Below are positions 38,191 through 51,010 of a DNA stretch of 64,000 nt, in pieces. Source of the DNA: Octopus vulgaris (taxonomy: Eukaryota); contig OX597814.1 of assembly GCA_951406725.2 (NCBI GenBank), positions 58,032,001-58,096,000 on the forward strand, read 5' to 3'. Under the pieces are notes generated by a model. The model saw only the letters and a program-made list of their open reading frames with translations, ran no database searches and was not told the DNA's origin. Numbering within the stretch: position 1 is the stretch's first letter; each line of letters begins with the position of its first letter. The position numbers were made by a program, and so were the translations under genes.

Positions 38191-38420
38191 CAAGGCAGCG
38201 AGCTGGCAGAAACATTAGCGCACCGGGCGAAATGCTTAGTGGTATTTCGTCTGCCGTTACGTTCTGAGTTCAAATTCCGCCGTGGTCGAATTTGCCTTTC
38301 ATCCTTTCGGGGTCGATAAATAAAGTACCAGTTACGCACTGGGGTCGATGTAATCAACTTAATCCCTTTGTCTGTCCTTGTTTGTCCTCTCTGTGTTTAG
38401 CCCCTTGTTGGCAATAAATA
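38191..38420 (+). mobile_element. SINE family A (young subfamily) with 9 bp TSD
   Basis: Very similar to 50777-51010; TSD agatgtatc (38182-38190 / 38421-38429). Confidence 0.9.
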
Positions 38421-39598
38421 AGATGTATCTGTAACCCAGGGAAGAGAACATTGAACAATCGTTAAATCTACTAAACAAACGATATGAGCGACAACTCAAA
38501 ACAATGAATAAAGTTTTGTTTTTTTTTTTCAATAAACTGCTATCTTGATGTTCTACAAACTTTGAATTTAAAATCGACAATATAATGAGGGAAGGATTAT
38601 GGTATCGGTTTTCTCTTTTCCTCTTACCGCACAAGTGCTAACTTAGAAAATTCCAGAATTAGATATCCTAGCGTAAAACCCCACGAAAATCAGCAGTCCA
38701 TTAGCTCATCTAGACGTCCATTATAGCTTCGTGCAATAATGCTTAATATTTTAAAGAAAAGAAAGAAAAGAAAAACATCGATAGTACACTTTCAATATAT
38801 CCCATTTGCTATATAGAGAAATCTTGTTTTAAGTTAATATAATATATTTCTTCCGAACCGCCTCGCCTTATATAAGTAAGTAAATAAATAAAACAGAAAT
38901 GAATACAAAGAAAAAGAATAAGTAACTATTGATTTATATAAAACAATACCTGTAGACTACTTATGACAGTGTTCTAAGCGTAAATCATAGTTATATCACA
39001 ATTTGTATTGTATTAAAGTAGTAAGTTATATTAGTATTGGGAAAACTTTAGTCTGACAACCGGTGATATAAATAACGTGTTATAGCTACGTCTTCAGTGA
39101 TTGTATTCTATGCTAAGGACTTGAGAATAGAAAATAAAATATCTCTGCACTTGTAACCTATATCTCATATTTCATTTTAATTTCAAATCGTTATTGTAAT
39201 TAATGATATAGCCGCAGGCACAAAAATTACTTTAAAATACACGCTCACATGCATCAACACAAAGAATCACACGCACGCATACGCACACAAACGCAAAACA
39301 TAATATAAATATACGCTATCAACAAGCGTACACATAAGCAAAGAATGAATTTTCACGCGGTCCTTATGTCTGTTAGTGATAACATCTAAATCTATAAAGA
39401 AATCTACGATAAAACTGTCTAGAAACGAAGAAGATATTGGACAGTGTAGTCCTCGGTATACAACAAACCTACTTGATCACTATTGGGCTAAACAATAACA
39501 AAAACTACGCTCAGAAATGTGTATAGATATATTTATAGAAGAATGATTTTTCTAAAATTATCTGTAAAATCATTTTTTTCAGGTTAGTAAGCACTTAT

Positions 39599-39812
39599 GA
39601 GAGGCCAGCTGGTAGAATCTTTAGTACGCCGGAAAAATGCTTAGCGGCATTTTGTAGATTTTTAAGTTCTGAGATCAAATGCCACAGTGTTCCACTTTGC
39701 CTTACGTCCTTTTCGGGGTCGATAAAATAAGAACCAATTGAACACTGGGGTCGATGTAATCGATTTACCCTTACCCCGGAATTGTTGGCCTTGTGCTAAA
39801 ATTTGAAACCAA
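39599..39812 (+). mobile_element. SINE family A
   Basis: gaggccagctggtagaatc...ttcggggtcgataaaataag...ggggtcgatgtaatcga...ggccttgtgctaaaatttgaaacc. Confidence 0.85.
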
Positions 39813-41004
39813 TAGTTAAAGCATAAAATAACCTAGAAATACATCATTTTTCGTCTATGTCATAGATGAAAATATGACAAACGTAAAGTTTATGAGTCAT
39901 AATTTGCGAACATTTGAACTACGACGTACACTACATGGTTTGTTACCAGTAAATTTTGTTTTACCTCCATTTTGAAGGCGTGTACTTTAGTCGTTAGGGT
40001 ATTCGTCTAATGATCATATGTTGCGGGAATCAGTTCCAACGGTCAGTTAATACATTGTGTCTGTGACCAAGGCATTTTGTTTCTCCTGTCTAATCAGTTG
40101 TAAATGCATGCCAGCAGAATGTCACAAGGCGGATGTGCTGCTGGCTTAATAGTGAAGAGGGCAAGAGTATGCTCATGCCTGCTCGCGACATCAAAAGCAC
40201 CTAAAAAAATCGATGAAAGCTTGGTACAAGTTAATAATTCATATTCGCTCGAGAAACAGCAGGCTATATTGTACTTCTATGCTCTTAGTAGCGGTACATA
40301 TCCTTACAGTCCTACGTCAGGAACGAGTATAATGAAACTTGCTTTGGACTTCTAAAAAATTCTCTGTTTATACATCGAGGAATCTGAAGCTCTCTAGTTA
40401 CTTTCTCTGATGGAGTTAATGTAGATAATGATGAAACTGAACGTCATGGAGTCTAGAACTTGTTTAATAATACATCATCCTCGGCTGCGAGGATCTATGT
40501 TCTAAAGGAATATAGCTATGATCATTCCGGCCTTCTGTCAGGTAGTGTGAACCCAAGTTTACGTTAAATTAGGAGATCTTTTCTCTTATAAAAGTGAAAG
40601 TAATCGGGCTAAATTGAGATAGATTTCTCTTCTATACCTCGGCTGTCGAGAGATCTGGTAGAATTTTCTCTATCCACTTACAATCGTCGAAGACTGTAAT
40701 TTTTAAATGTGGAATTGGATCGTATTCCGAGGTTTACAATTCTGGAAATGTTATTTTGATGTATGAAGTGTTTCAGAAAATATTTTGGGGATGTGGGGTA
40801 GTAGGAAACATAAAGAGGCAGGAACAAAGCAGCGTAGAGAATTCTATGTTCAACAACAAGAAACAATATAGTATAATATGAAGCTGGAATATCAGCTGCA
40901 GAATAATACTAAGTGGACCTATTAGGATGAACTGGGCGTATGTTTGAAGGTGAATTAAATTTCAATGTATGACGAACTTTCTATCGCATATATTTATTCT
41001 TCCT

Positions 41005-41270
41005 TTTTAATTCTTGTAATAGTTTCAGTCGAGGCGGCGCTCCAGCATGGCTGTGGCTATGCTGGGGCACCGCCTCCAAGTGTTTCTAGACGAATGAATC
41101 GACCCCCAGTACTTATTTGTTTTTAAAGCCTGGTACTTATTCTATTGATCTGTTTATGCTGAACTGCTAATTTAAGGGGACGTAAACACACTAACACCGG
41201 TTGTTAAGCTGCGGTGGTGGGTGGCAAACACATACACAAAGACACACACACACAAGTATACACACACGCA
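41005..41270 (-). mobile_element. SINE family B, 3' half
   Basis: tggctatgctggggcaccgcc...gaatcgacccccagtactt...ggacgtaaacacactaacaccggttg shared with the 13075 and 53630 copies. Confidence 0.8.
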
Positions 41271-41325
41271 TATATATATATATATATATGTATATACGAG
41301 AAAGAAGCAACAAGAATGGATTAGT

Positions 41326-41416
41326 TTTTAGTACAATTGTTTCATACAAAGACAGGCTTTATTACAAGTTGCAAAAAGTGCAGCAGATAAAAGTGTCCTG
41401 TACTCATCAGCTAAAA
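41326..41416 (-). ncRNA. Type I hammerhead ribozyme (minimal stem III, Penelope-associated type)
   Basis: Minus strand: TTTTAG-CTGATGA-GTACAGGACA-[~47 nt]-TGTCTTTGTAT-GAAA-C-AATT-G-TA-CTAAAA. Stem I is a perfect 6 bp; stem II ~10 bp; stem III has a palindromic loop; GUA cleavage triplet. Confidence 0.82.
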
Positions 41417-41529
41417 TACATATGAGTTCTCCAGACATCTTAGTGGGTGAGGTTATACTCATGAAATATTGGAGATAATTCCATTAAAGGCAGATATAGG
41501 TTGTAAACAGTTTTCCAAAGTTCCTTAAT

Positions 41530-41733
41530 GATGATGCACAGTCTTATCACAGATTTTTAAAAACTTATTAGTTTCGAAGAGAAGATGAATTAATCCATAG
41601 TGTAGATTTAAATTTCCAGAGATATGAGGAGGATGATGCACAGACTTATCACAGGTTTTAAAAACTTATTAGCTTCACAGAAAAGGTGAATTAATCCGTA
41701 GTGAAGATTTAAATTTCCAGCGGTAAGAGGAGG
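41530..41733. repeat. Diverged tandem duplication of a ~102 bp unit
   Basis: atgatgcacag(t/a)cttatcacag...aaaaacttattag...gatttaaatttccag...gaggagg occurs twice. Confidence 0.9.
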
Positions 41734-41827
41734 AATTTCATACCACAGACGATGTATTTAACCATTATTAATCCAGTGGATTAATAATGGTTAAATACAT
41801 CGTCTGTGAGTATGAAATTCCTCCTCT
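41726..41827. repeat. ~100 bp near-perfect palindrome (about 50 bp arms, 1 nt spacer)
   Basis: agaggaggaatttcatac(-)cacagacgatgtatttaaccattattaatcca-g-tggattaataatggttaaatacatcgtctgtgagtatgaaattcctcctct; one indel; centre at 41776. Confidence 0.95.
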
Positions 41828-41835
41828 AATATATG

Positions 41836-41914
<79 letters not shown>

Positions 41915-41945
41915 ATATCTATCTATCTATATAGGATATACATAC

Positions 41946-41996
<51 letters not shown>

Positions 41997-42353
41997 AATA
42001 CATAAATAAATGTACATACAAACATACGTGCGCGATCAAGTGTATGTGTAAAAGAAATGGCGCCTTACTCATGAAGTTTATAAAAGATTTGAGTATGTGA
42101 TGGCTACCTATGTGTATATATGTATATATATATATACATATACATGTGTATGTGTATATATATATATATATAACTATAACTATAAGTACTATGTCAGTAT
42201 GTGTGTGCATATGTGTGTGTGCATGTATGTTTATCTATATATACTATCATAAATATATCTATCTATCTACACATGTGTAACTATCTATCTACCAGATCTA
42301 TCTATATATCTATCTACACACGCACTCAGAAACACAAACACACGCACTCAGAA

Positions 42354-42416
<63 letters not shown>

Positions 42417-43498
42417 CACTCACGTACAGAAGCAGATATATACACACACAAGTGATAAAGCGCGAATGTGAGGAAAATAGGAAAGCGGGTGTGGTGTTTC
42501 CTGTATACATATGTGCACGCGTATGCACATGAAAGTATACGCTGATATATACTAATACAATTAGCTATGAAATGACTGCTATACGACGGAAATACATATG
42601 TATATTTCTTTCGTAAGTATATAAAAAATCAATGTAAGTCTGTGAACTAGTTAGTTTCAATTGATCTGCAGTAATCAACTTTATTATTAGATGTTATATA
42701 CATTCAAATGTTACATATATTTTGAACAAATTTGTAGCCGTAAAATGAAAGGAACCATTGGAAATAATAGAACGATACATATGTAAACCAGTCTGGTGTT
42801 TGATGTGGCCATTTTCCGTATTTTGTATAATTGATTTCTAGTAAAGGGATGTGTACTGTTTTCTAGGTGTTGTCTATGTTGTCGTAATTTTTGTTGATTA
42901 ACCCCATGTCCATCCTCATTGGGTAAACGTATGATGGAAATTGGTTAAGCCATCATCAACTGCCAATCTTAGATAAAGTCAAAATGTACGAGCACATTAA
43001 TGTATATGTCCTTTTTTTCCTATGAAAGTAAAGTTTGATTTGAGAGAATTGTGGCTATTATTTGCAGCTTGGCCAGAAAATAAGTAACGGTTCGCTTTTC
43101 ATTGCAGATATTTCTGAGTTCATTATCCTATAAAATAACTGATTATATTACAGATTTTTATTGATTGACGTAATACGCTATATTTCACCCAAAATCTAAA
43201 CGAAATTAAAAAAAAAAATATATTAAATTAAAATGTTTTACTTTTTATTTATGTATAAAGGAGACAACATTTTTTGATGTTCACTTAGTAAGTTATTTTA
43301 AAAACATCATACTACAGAGGACTTATGAATATGTCTTGCGAATGCATCTCGTCTTCGTCTGTGGCGGCGGCTTTATCTCGTATCCGAGAAAGTCTTTCTT
43401 AATGGTGATGTCGCATAAACTGCAAAGTAATGTTGATGGAGGTTGAATTTCTTGAGACTTACACTCCTGTCGTTTGACCTCTTCCTTTTATCCCCAAA

Positions 43499-43597
<99 letters not shown>

Positions 43598-43642
43598 TTA
43601 TCTATCTATCTGCCTGCTTGCCTGCCTGTCTGCCTATGTCTG

Positions 43643-43710
<68 letters not shown>

Positions 43711-44509
43711 GCGTTCTATATAATTACATGTATATATATATATATACATACTTTGTATTATCACATTATTAGAGAGAACTCAATCAGCATCAATATTAAA
43801 TCCGATACAGCCACCGCCATTAAAAACCTATCAACTCCTTCATGACTGAAAGCAATCCCACGAGAGCGGATGGTATTCCAGTGTATTTTAAATGTTGAAT
43901 GGAATGTCTTTGAACATAGATCAATGACAATTGACAGATTATACAGAAACAGCAATAATATTAACATGAATTATTTTAAGCACCATCACTACAAGCGATA
44001 CCCATCTTCAACACCAGTCCCAGCCCCAACCTCAACCCCAGCTTCAGTCCCATAATCAATAGAAATAACTTCACCACTTCTAACACCCCACCAACTTTTG
44101 TATAATCAACTGTTAGCACCAATAATAGACTCAGCATTATAACAATATTTCTAGTTACATATGTTGTATGTCAAAAGAAGTGTGAGTGTGTGAGTGTCTG
44201 TGTGTTAGTAGAATGTCGGAGTGTCATGGCTCAAGTCTGAGGTGCAAGGTGACCATGAAGTGACCATGAACCTCGTAAGCCTCCATTTATCTCTAATCAA
44301 ACTGTATTTCCTCTCATTTGTTTTCTTATTTCCCGTATTACATTCAAAAGAAAAATGTCACCAATTTATCATCGTTGCAAAAATTTCTTTCCAGGGCTAT
44401 TTCTTAAAACGTATTTGTTGTGGATAATTACTGATTGTCACAGCTATTGGATTTACTGACAATATAAGATGTGGGGAAAGAAGTCATTTCTTGGAACTTA
44501 AAGCAGTCG

Positions 44510-45050
44510 TGCAAAAAGGAAGGATTGCTCTGGATACTAAAATTGATGTTTTGAAAAGCCTTGAAGCGAGAGAAACAAATCAACCACATTGCCAAAACAT
44601 TAACATTTGCAGCGTCTATAGTGGAGACACTACGTGACAATAGAGACATAATTAAGATGAGAGCTCAATAAATTTATTTCATTAACTGCTTGCGTATCAT
44701 CATTTTTAATATAAAGTGATGCATACAAAAGGAATGGTTCTAGGCTGCATGGATACAGGTAATTAAAAAAAGAAAAGCCATAAATTTGCATTATGATTTC
44801 CAGAGAAAGGAAGGTAAAACTTCGAATGTGAATAATTTTCTTGCTAGTAAAAATTAGCTTAAAATATTTAAGAAGCACTTGAGTTTGCAATCATGAAAAT
44901 GACGGAAGAAATTGTCAGTAAGGCTACAAATTGTATTGAGTAGGTACAAAAGGTGACTGCTAAAGAAAGCTAGAGATCGGCGCATGTATAGTATGTTGCA
45001 TTTTATTTGAAATGTACACTCGCTGATCGAGAAGAAAAATCGATATCGGA
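44510..45050 (+). mobile_element. Degraded pogo/Tigger-like transposase N-terminal region
   Basis: RIALDTKIDVLKSLEARE / INHIAKTLTFAASIVETLRDNRDIIK (CENP-B-type HTH), AAWIQ, FLASKN*LKIFKK (cf. FTASKGWFERFKK), IMKMTEEIVS, KARDR. Confidence 0.65.
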
Positions 45051-45339
45051 ATTTAAAACTTTTAAACAGCATCTAACACTTCTTCTGAAAGAAAAATACC
45101 CCTGGAGATAAAGCTCAAACTCCCCTACTCGTGTATTACTTAAAAAATCTAAAGACATTCTAGGGACAGGCAAAGTTTTAATTGCCTCTGATTTGGCAGA
45201 GAATATTTTCCAATTGTAGTTTACAAACAGATTTTTGTCATGCTGCAGAAGGATATAGTGTCATACATAACATTACCAACAAAGCACTATTCCTTTTAGA
45301 CAACACATCAACCACCCAATGAAATTACTAGGCATTATT

Positions 45340-45661
45340 TTTAAACATTATTTTTAATAAGTTTCTTTCGCGTGAAGAATTAGCGTTAAATGTGAAAAGA
45401 CATATATTCTCCAATTATATCATTGAAAATGCTCGGGCTAAAAACAAAGTATCTATTTTTGAAAGTATAATTGGCAATCTGATTAACTCGGTTGGTAAAA
45501 CTAAACTTATTTTGTCTAAAGCATAAAATACAGAATGAAATGATATGGATAGGAGACACCGAGGTTCTCTGATAGAATTTCTTCTCTGATAGAATATTTA
45601 AATGCAGTACGTGTTTCTGTGAGTCAATACAAATAGATCTTTACATAATCTTTGAGAATTT
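45340..45661 (+). repeat. Local duplication, copy 1 (retains the empty mariner site)
   Basis: Colinear with 46508-46569 joined to 47863-48117. Confidence 0.9.
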
Positions 45662-46569
45662 CCCTATATAAATTACAACTCTTTAGTAACATTCTTTGCA
45701 TACAATTTAACTGGAGACTTTAGAAGTTCCGTATCCTCATTTCTTTATTATTTTGGACTTTTGTTTTTGTCTAACGTCATCACCTACTCGTTAGATTAAA
45801 TAACAACACCTGCAGATCATCTTCTATGACATCATGAAGTCCAACATATTTTGTAAGCGTCGAAAAACGTTCCAAATGTGATTTAGACTTTCTACTGGCG
45901 GGGAACTTGTATTTTCTACTTGCCCGTATACTTTCCTAATTATCTTACTTTCATACTATGACTCAGCTATGTAATCTATAGCATTGAATACGCTAAATTT
46001 CTCCCAGAAGTCTACAATTGTGGGTTTGCCCTCTCTTTCAATTATTGTTGTAAGTTATTGACAGTTCCAAAAATAATTTCACTTGAAACCAGCTATCAAG
46101 CTTGATACGCTGGCAAGAGTAAAGAAGATGTATACACGGATGTACATTCCACTCTCACATTGTTAGAAAGCTAATTTAATTTCTCAGGGGCTTTAATTTT
46201 TTTCCACACTTTATCATCTTGTTTGGTGTGTCTGACCTCAAACTCAGGCAGAAGCAATGCGATGATTACTCTTGCTTTTATAACTTTGAATTCCTCAATC
46301 AGAGGTGAAATTGGTTGGTGGAGCTTAAAGGTATGCCTTTGTAGCATTCATGTTAAAACAAAAAATTACTTTATACTTTAACATATATAAATAGAAACTT
46401 TAGAAGGTTGGGCTTGTTTTGAGTGTAAATTCTGGTTTACTGACACTTTTTCGTATCTGTTCTAGGTAAATACCCAGCGCTTATTACTAAATAATGTCAA
46501 TTGCTTTCTAAACATTATTTTTAACAAGTTTCTTTCACGTGACGAATTACCGTTAAAAGTGAAGAGATA

Positions 46570-47860
46570 CGAGAGACGTTCAATAAGTAATGCCTCTGAC
46601 CCACTTGCAGTTGTTTGATCTAGCTGAAATTTTGCACAGTTATTAGTCTTTTTCTACATAGGAACCACCCAGAGTTACGCATTTCTCCCATTGTTTGATG
46701 CAGCTCTGGAGACCGTTTTGTAGAAGACTCCAGCTTGGTCCTCCAACCTGAACGTGACTTCAGAAATCAAGGCTGCATCATCTGGGAAACGCTTTCCTTT
46801 CAAAAACAACTTCATGACTGGGAAGAGGTGAAAATCAATGGTGCAAGGTCAGGAAAGTAGGGGGATGGGGGAAGAGTTCATAGCCATACGCCTGTGCTTC
46901 TGATCTGGCGACAAGCGAGTTGTGGACCGGAGCGTTGTCCTGCAGGAGGAGGATGCCTTTGCTGATCTTGCCTTGCCTCTTGATTTTGATAGCTTCTCTT
47001 AATTTCCGCAAAAGTGAAGCATAATAGGCTCCTGCAATTGTGGTACCCTTTGCCAGGAAATCTGTCATCACTACTCCGTCCTGGTCCCAGAAGACTGTGA
47101 GCATGACCTTGCCAGAAGAGGGCTGCACCCTTGCCTTCTTTGGAGGGGGTGAGTCACGATGCTTCCACTGCATTGACTGGGCTTTGGTCTCTGGATCATA
47201 GTGATGGACCCAGGTTTCATCCTGTGTAATCAGTCTTTTGAAAAATTTTGACTCATCTTCTTGGCACATCTCCAAATTCACCCTCGAGCACTCGACGCGT
47301 TCATGCTTCTGGAAAGGCGTGAGGAGCCTGGGAATCCATCTGGCAGACACCTTTTGCATATGCAAATGGTCATGAATGATAGTTTCCACAGACCCGGTAC
47401 TAATCTTGACCTCATGGGCTATTTGGCGAATAATTATGCGTCGATCTTCCAAAATGGCAACCTCAACTTGACGGACAGATGCCTCATCAATGGCAGAAGG
47501 GGTGACCAGATCTGGGAGCTGTTTTCACAGAGTTCCGACCATGTTTGAATTTACGATGCCAGCGTTTTACAAGGTCATATGATGGGGCATAATCACCATA
47601 AGTTACTTTCATTTCATCAAAAGTCTCCCGTGGTGTGCGTCCTTTCAAATACAAAAACCGGATCACTGCTCGACACTCAACAGGGTCCATTTCACACTTG
47701 ACTCGGTTCAAACACCTGTAAATCAGAAACCACAATTAAATCAGAGCTGTAATTTGCCACTTACTCTATAGAGATATAAATAATTGCACATGCAAAATGT
47801 CAGCTAGATCAAACCGCTATGGGAAGTGGGTCAGGGGCATTACTTATTGAACGCTCCTCG
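46570..47860 (-). mobile_element. Full-length (1291 bp) mariner DNA transposon, irritans-like, with frameshifted transposase
   Basis: ~37 bp TIRs (cgagagacgttcaataagtaatgcctctgacccactt vs rc cgaggagcgttcaataagtaatgcccctgacccactt); TA at 46568-46569 and 47861-47862. Confidence 0.95.
46677..47690 (-). pseudogene. Mariner transposase pseudogene (at least two frameshifts)
   Basis: MDPVECRAVIRFL...WHRKFKHGRNSVKTAPRSGHP / ...KVSARWIPRLL...ITQDETWVHHYDPE...KVMLTVFWD...LLQDNAPVH...PHPP / YFPDLAP..FHLFP. Confidence 0.92.
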
Positions 47861-48412
47861 TATATTCTCCAATTATATCATTGAAAATGCTCGGTCTAAC
47901 GAACAAGGCATCTATTTGTGAAAGTATAATTGGCAATCTTATTAACTCGGTTTGTAAAATTAAACTTATTTTATCTAAAGATTGAAATACAGAATGAGAT
48001 GATATGAGTAAGAGACACCGAGGTTCTCTGATAGGATATTTTGAAACAATATTTAAATGCAGTACGTGTTTCTGTGAGTCAATACAAATAGATCTTTACA
48101 TAATCTTTGAGAATTTCGTATATTCGTATTCTAAATGTTCTATTCTCGGCAGATGTATTTGCTTCAGTATTAATACACTGTTGTTAAGAAATTCACGCAC
48201 GTTTTCTCAATTTTCTGGTGTAGTTAAATGTGATTAATCTCTCTTGAAGAATGATAACAAACTGAAGAATTCGGCTTCAAGCTTTATGCAATGATTTATA
48301 GGCAGTAGCGTGGTTTATTCGTATGTTGCCAATCATTCACGCACAAGACATTTTCTTTTCCTGGTAAAATTTCACCGTCTTAAAATATCTGTTTCAAATA
48401 TCGATATAACAT

Positions 48413-48455
<43 letters not shown>

Positions 48456-48827
48456 GTATATCTATCTATCTATCTACCTAGCAAAGCAAGTTAGACAGAT
48501 CAATATATAAAGTATATTAAACATATGAAATACAAAAGAATGTATATATATATATATATAAATGTTCACCGTATACAAAGTATAAATGGTATACATGATA
48601 TAGAGAAAAAAAGGGGATGAGGAACAGTATTAAAAATCCAATAGATGTTGCTGGGGGCTCGGTGGTCCATGATAATATTTGTTGAGTGATTCCATCATAG
48701 AATGAGACGAGCTTCCGTCTTCGGGGGAGAGATCTTACATTTGAGATGTAAAAGGAGAGAAGTTCAAGGATTGATTATTTCGATGCCCGCGCACACGCGC
48801 ACATACACGCACACACTGATACATACA

Positions 48828-48861
<34 letters not shown>

Positions 48862-48984
48862 CATACATACATACATACATACATATGTATATATGTGTAT
48901 ATTCTTTTTCTCTTTTTAATTTAGTGTTTATTTTGACCGGCGACCTGTCTGGTACAAAGTTTCTTATTTTGTTGATCAACCTTT

Positions 48985-49400
48985 AAATCTGAAGGAGTTC
49001 TTGCAGGTTGTTATCATCCCACATATCGAGATCATTTTTCGTGAATGAATTAAGGAGTAGCGTTCTCTCCCCAAGAACCCGAGTTCAACCGTACTTTGTT
49101 CCATACGGGTTTGTATGCAACCTTTTTTGCCAATAATATTAGGTATGCATCTTGGGCACTGAATTTTCAAACACTTTATCCAGCTTTCATAGATATCCTC
49201 CTAATCTTGTATTTTTCTAACCATATTATTGTTTAGAGGCCACTTGATTTCCACAATACAGCATAGTTTTTCTTGATGTCTTACACAAAAATCCCTGGTC
49301 AGTTGTTTCATTTGGTGAGTGTTTTAATTTTTAGTTCTACCAAAATTTCCTTGACCTGTCGGTCTAAATATAGTGGAGATCGTCTGTTGGTACTTTTGTT
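48985..49400 (-). mobile_element. Degraded RLE-type non-LTR retrotransposon C-terminus (further family)
   Basis: KEIL.ELKIKT..NN*PGIFV*DIKKKLCCIVEIKWPLNNN...IPNIIGKKG...ELGF...SICGMITTCK (cf. NRPDIV.WD..K.C.IVE.SCP.D.N...IPIIIGALG). Confidence 0.6.
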
Positions 49401-49718
49401 TTCCTTATCTTGTATCAAACTGTTCTGGACACCTCACCAAACCCCATTGGAAGATAACATCTGGAAGACTTTCTTTCAAAGTGATTGAACTTACATAATG
49501 CGAAAGAAAAATCGAAAAGATGCCTTTGCAGGCTTTGTTGGTCAAAAGTAATAAAAAAAAACAGGTCGATGTTTTTTTAATTGGTTAGTGAAAAAATTAC
49601 ATTTTCTGCCAAAACTTCGATTATACAATGTTATATCACTTTCTACACGCTTGTTTTCCATAATCATATTTTATTATTCAGCATTTTACGTTAACGCTTT
49701 CCGTTCCCCCAGTCTGTT

Positions 49719-49801
<83 letters not shown>

Positions 49802-50652
49802 GTGTATGTGCATATGTACGCGCCGCTTTGTGAGTGTACATATATGTATTCTTATACGTATAAAATTTGCATTGATAGTGATAATGCTGTAGTAATTGTG
49901 TGCCGTTTGCGTGCTTTATAGTAGGTAGCACAGGATCATGCAAATGTAACTGTATCTCACAAAATTGCCATCGCCAGATTTAACATTATCCAGTGGTCAA
50001 ATACTGGTGGTTTCATCGTTTATTTAATCCGTATTGTCACTGTGGTGAGCATTGATTAGCATTTTATGGATAAAGCATATGCGAATCTTTTCTCGTTTTT
50101 TTCTTCGTTTTGTTTTTGGTATTCTATGTTCAATGTTACAACTGTCAACCTATACATTTCTCTCGTAGGTTTGACATGCACAGTATTACATACAATGTGT
50201 AAATGTCGTGTAAATGTATGATCAACCGACAACAACGTTTCGTAAATGTATCTCCGATGCAACAGTGATGATAAATTCACAACTTTCAAGTTTACGTTCA
50301 GATTAATATATCATCATTTGTCTGCATTACGTCCTAAGACCCTCTAGATTGTTGATGAGTAGGGTTTTCCATTATGCTTCCTTTGTAATGTAGTTCACTG
50401 TGCTGCATGTTGTCTCCTACGGAGGTTTATTTACTTTAAGGATGGATGCATACACTCTTTAACTAATGTACCTTCTGTTTGTAGTTTGTTAGATGGGTGG
50501 CTTGCGCAATTTTACTTATGTATCATTGTAGCTGCATATAGATACTTGATTGTATATATACATATACGTGTGTATATGTATGTACATATGTATATATGCA
50601 TTCACCCCACAAAACACAAACATGTGTCTCTGTGATTGTATATGCAACACAT

Positions 50653-50683
<31 letters not shown>

Positions 50684-50776
50684 CAGTATAAATTATGTGT
50701 CAGTGATTTCAAGGAAATATTACATCTGGCCTTAATCGGGTTTAGTATTTATTATACTATACTATGAATCTTCCAT

Positions 50777-51010
50777 TAGGGCGGCGAGCTGGCAGAAACG
50801 TTAGCTAGCCGGGCGAAATGCGTAGCCGTATTTCGTCTGTCGTTACATTCTGAGTTCAAATTCCGCCGAGGTCGACTTTGCCTTTCATCCTTTCGGGGTC
50901 GATATATTAAGTACCAGTTTCGCACTGGGGTCGATGTAATCGACTTAATCCCTTTGTCTGTCTTTGTTTGTTCCATCTATGTTTAGCCCCTTGTGGGTAG
51001 TAAAGAAATA
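50777..51010 (+). mobile_element. SINE family A (young) with 19 bp TSD
   Basis: ggcggcgagctggcagaaacgttagc...gagttcaaattccgccgaggtcgactttgcctttcatcctttcggggtcgat; TSD tatactatgaatcttccat (50758-50776) / tatactatgcatcttccat (51011-51029). Confidence 0.92.

Noticed and set aside
45680-46330. Possible minus-strand Gypsy RT remnant (KPTIVDF)
   Set aside because: A single weak motif echo is not enough support.
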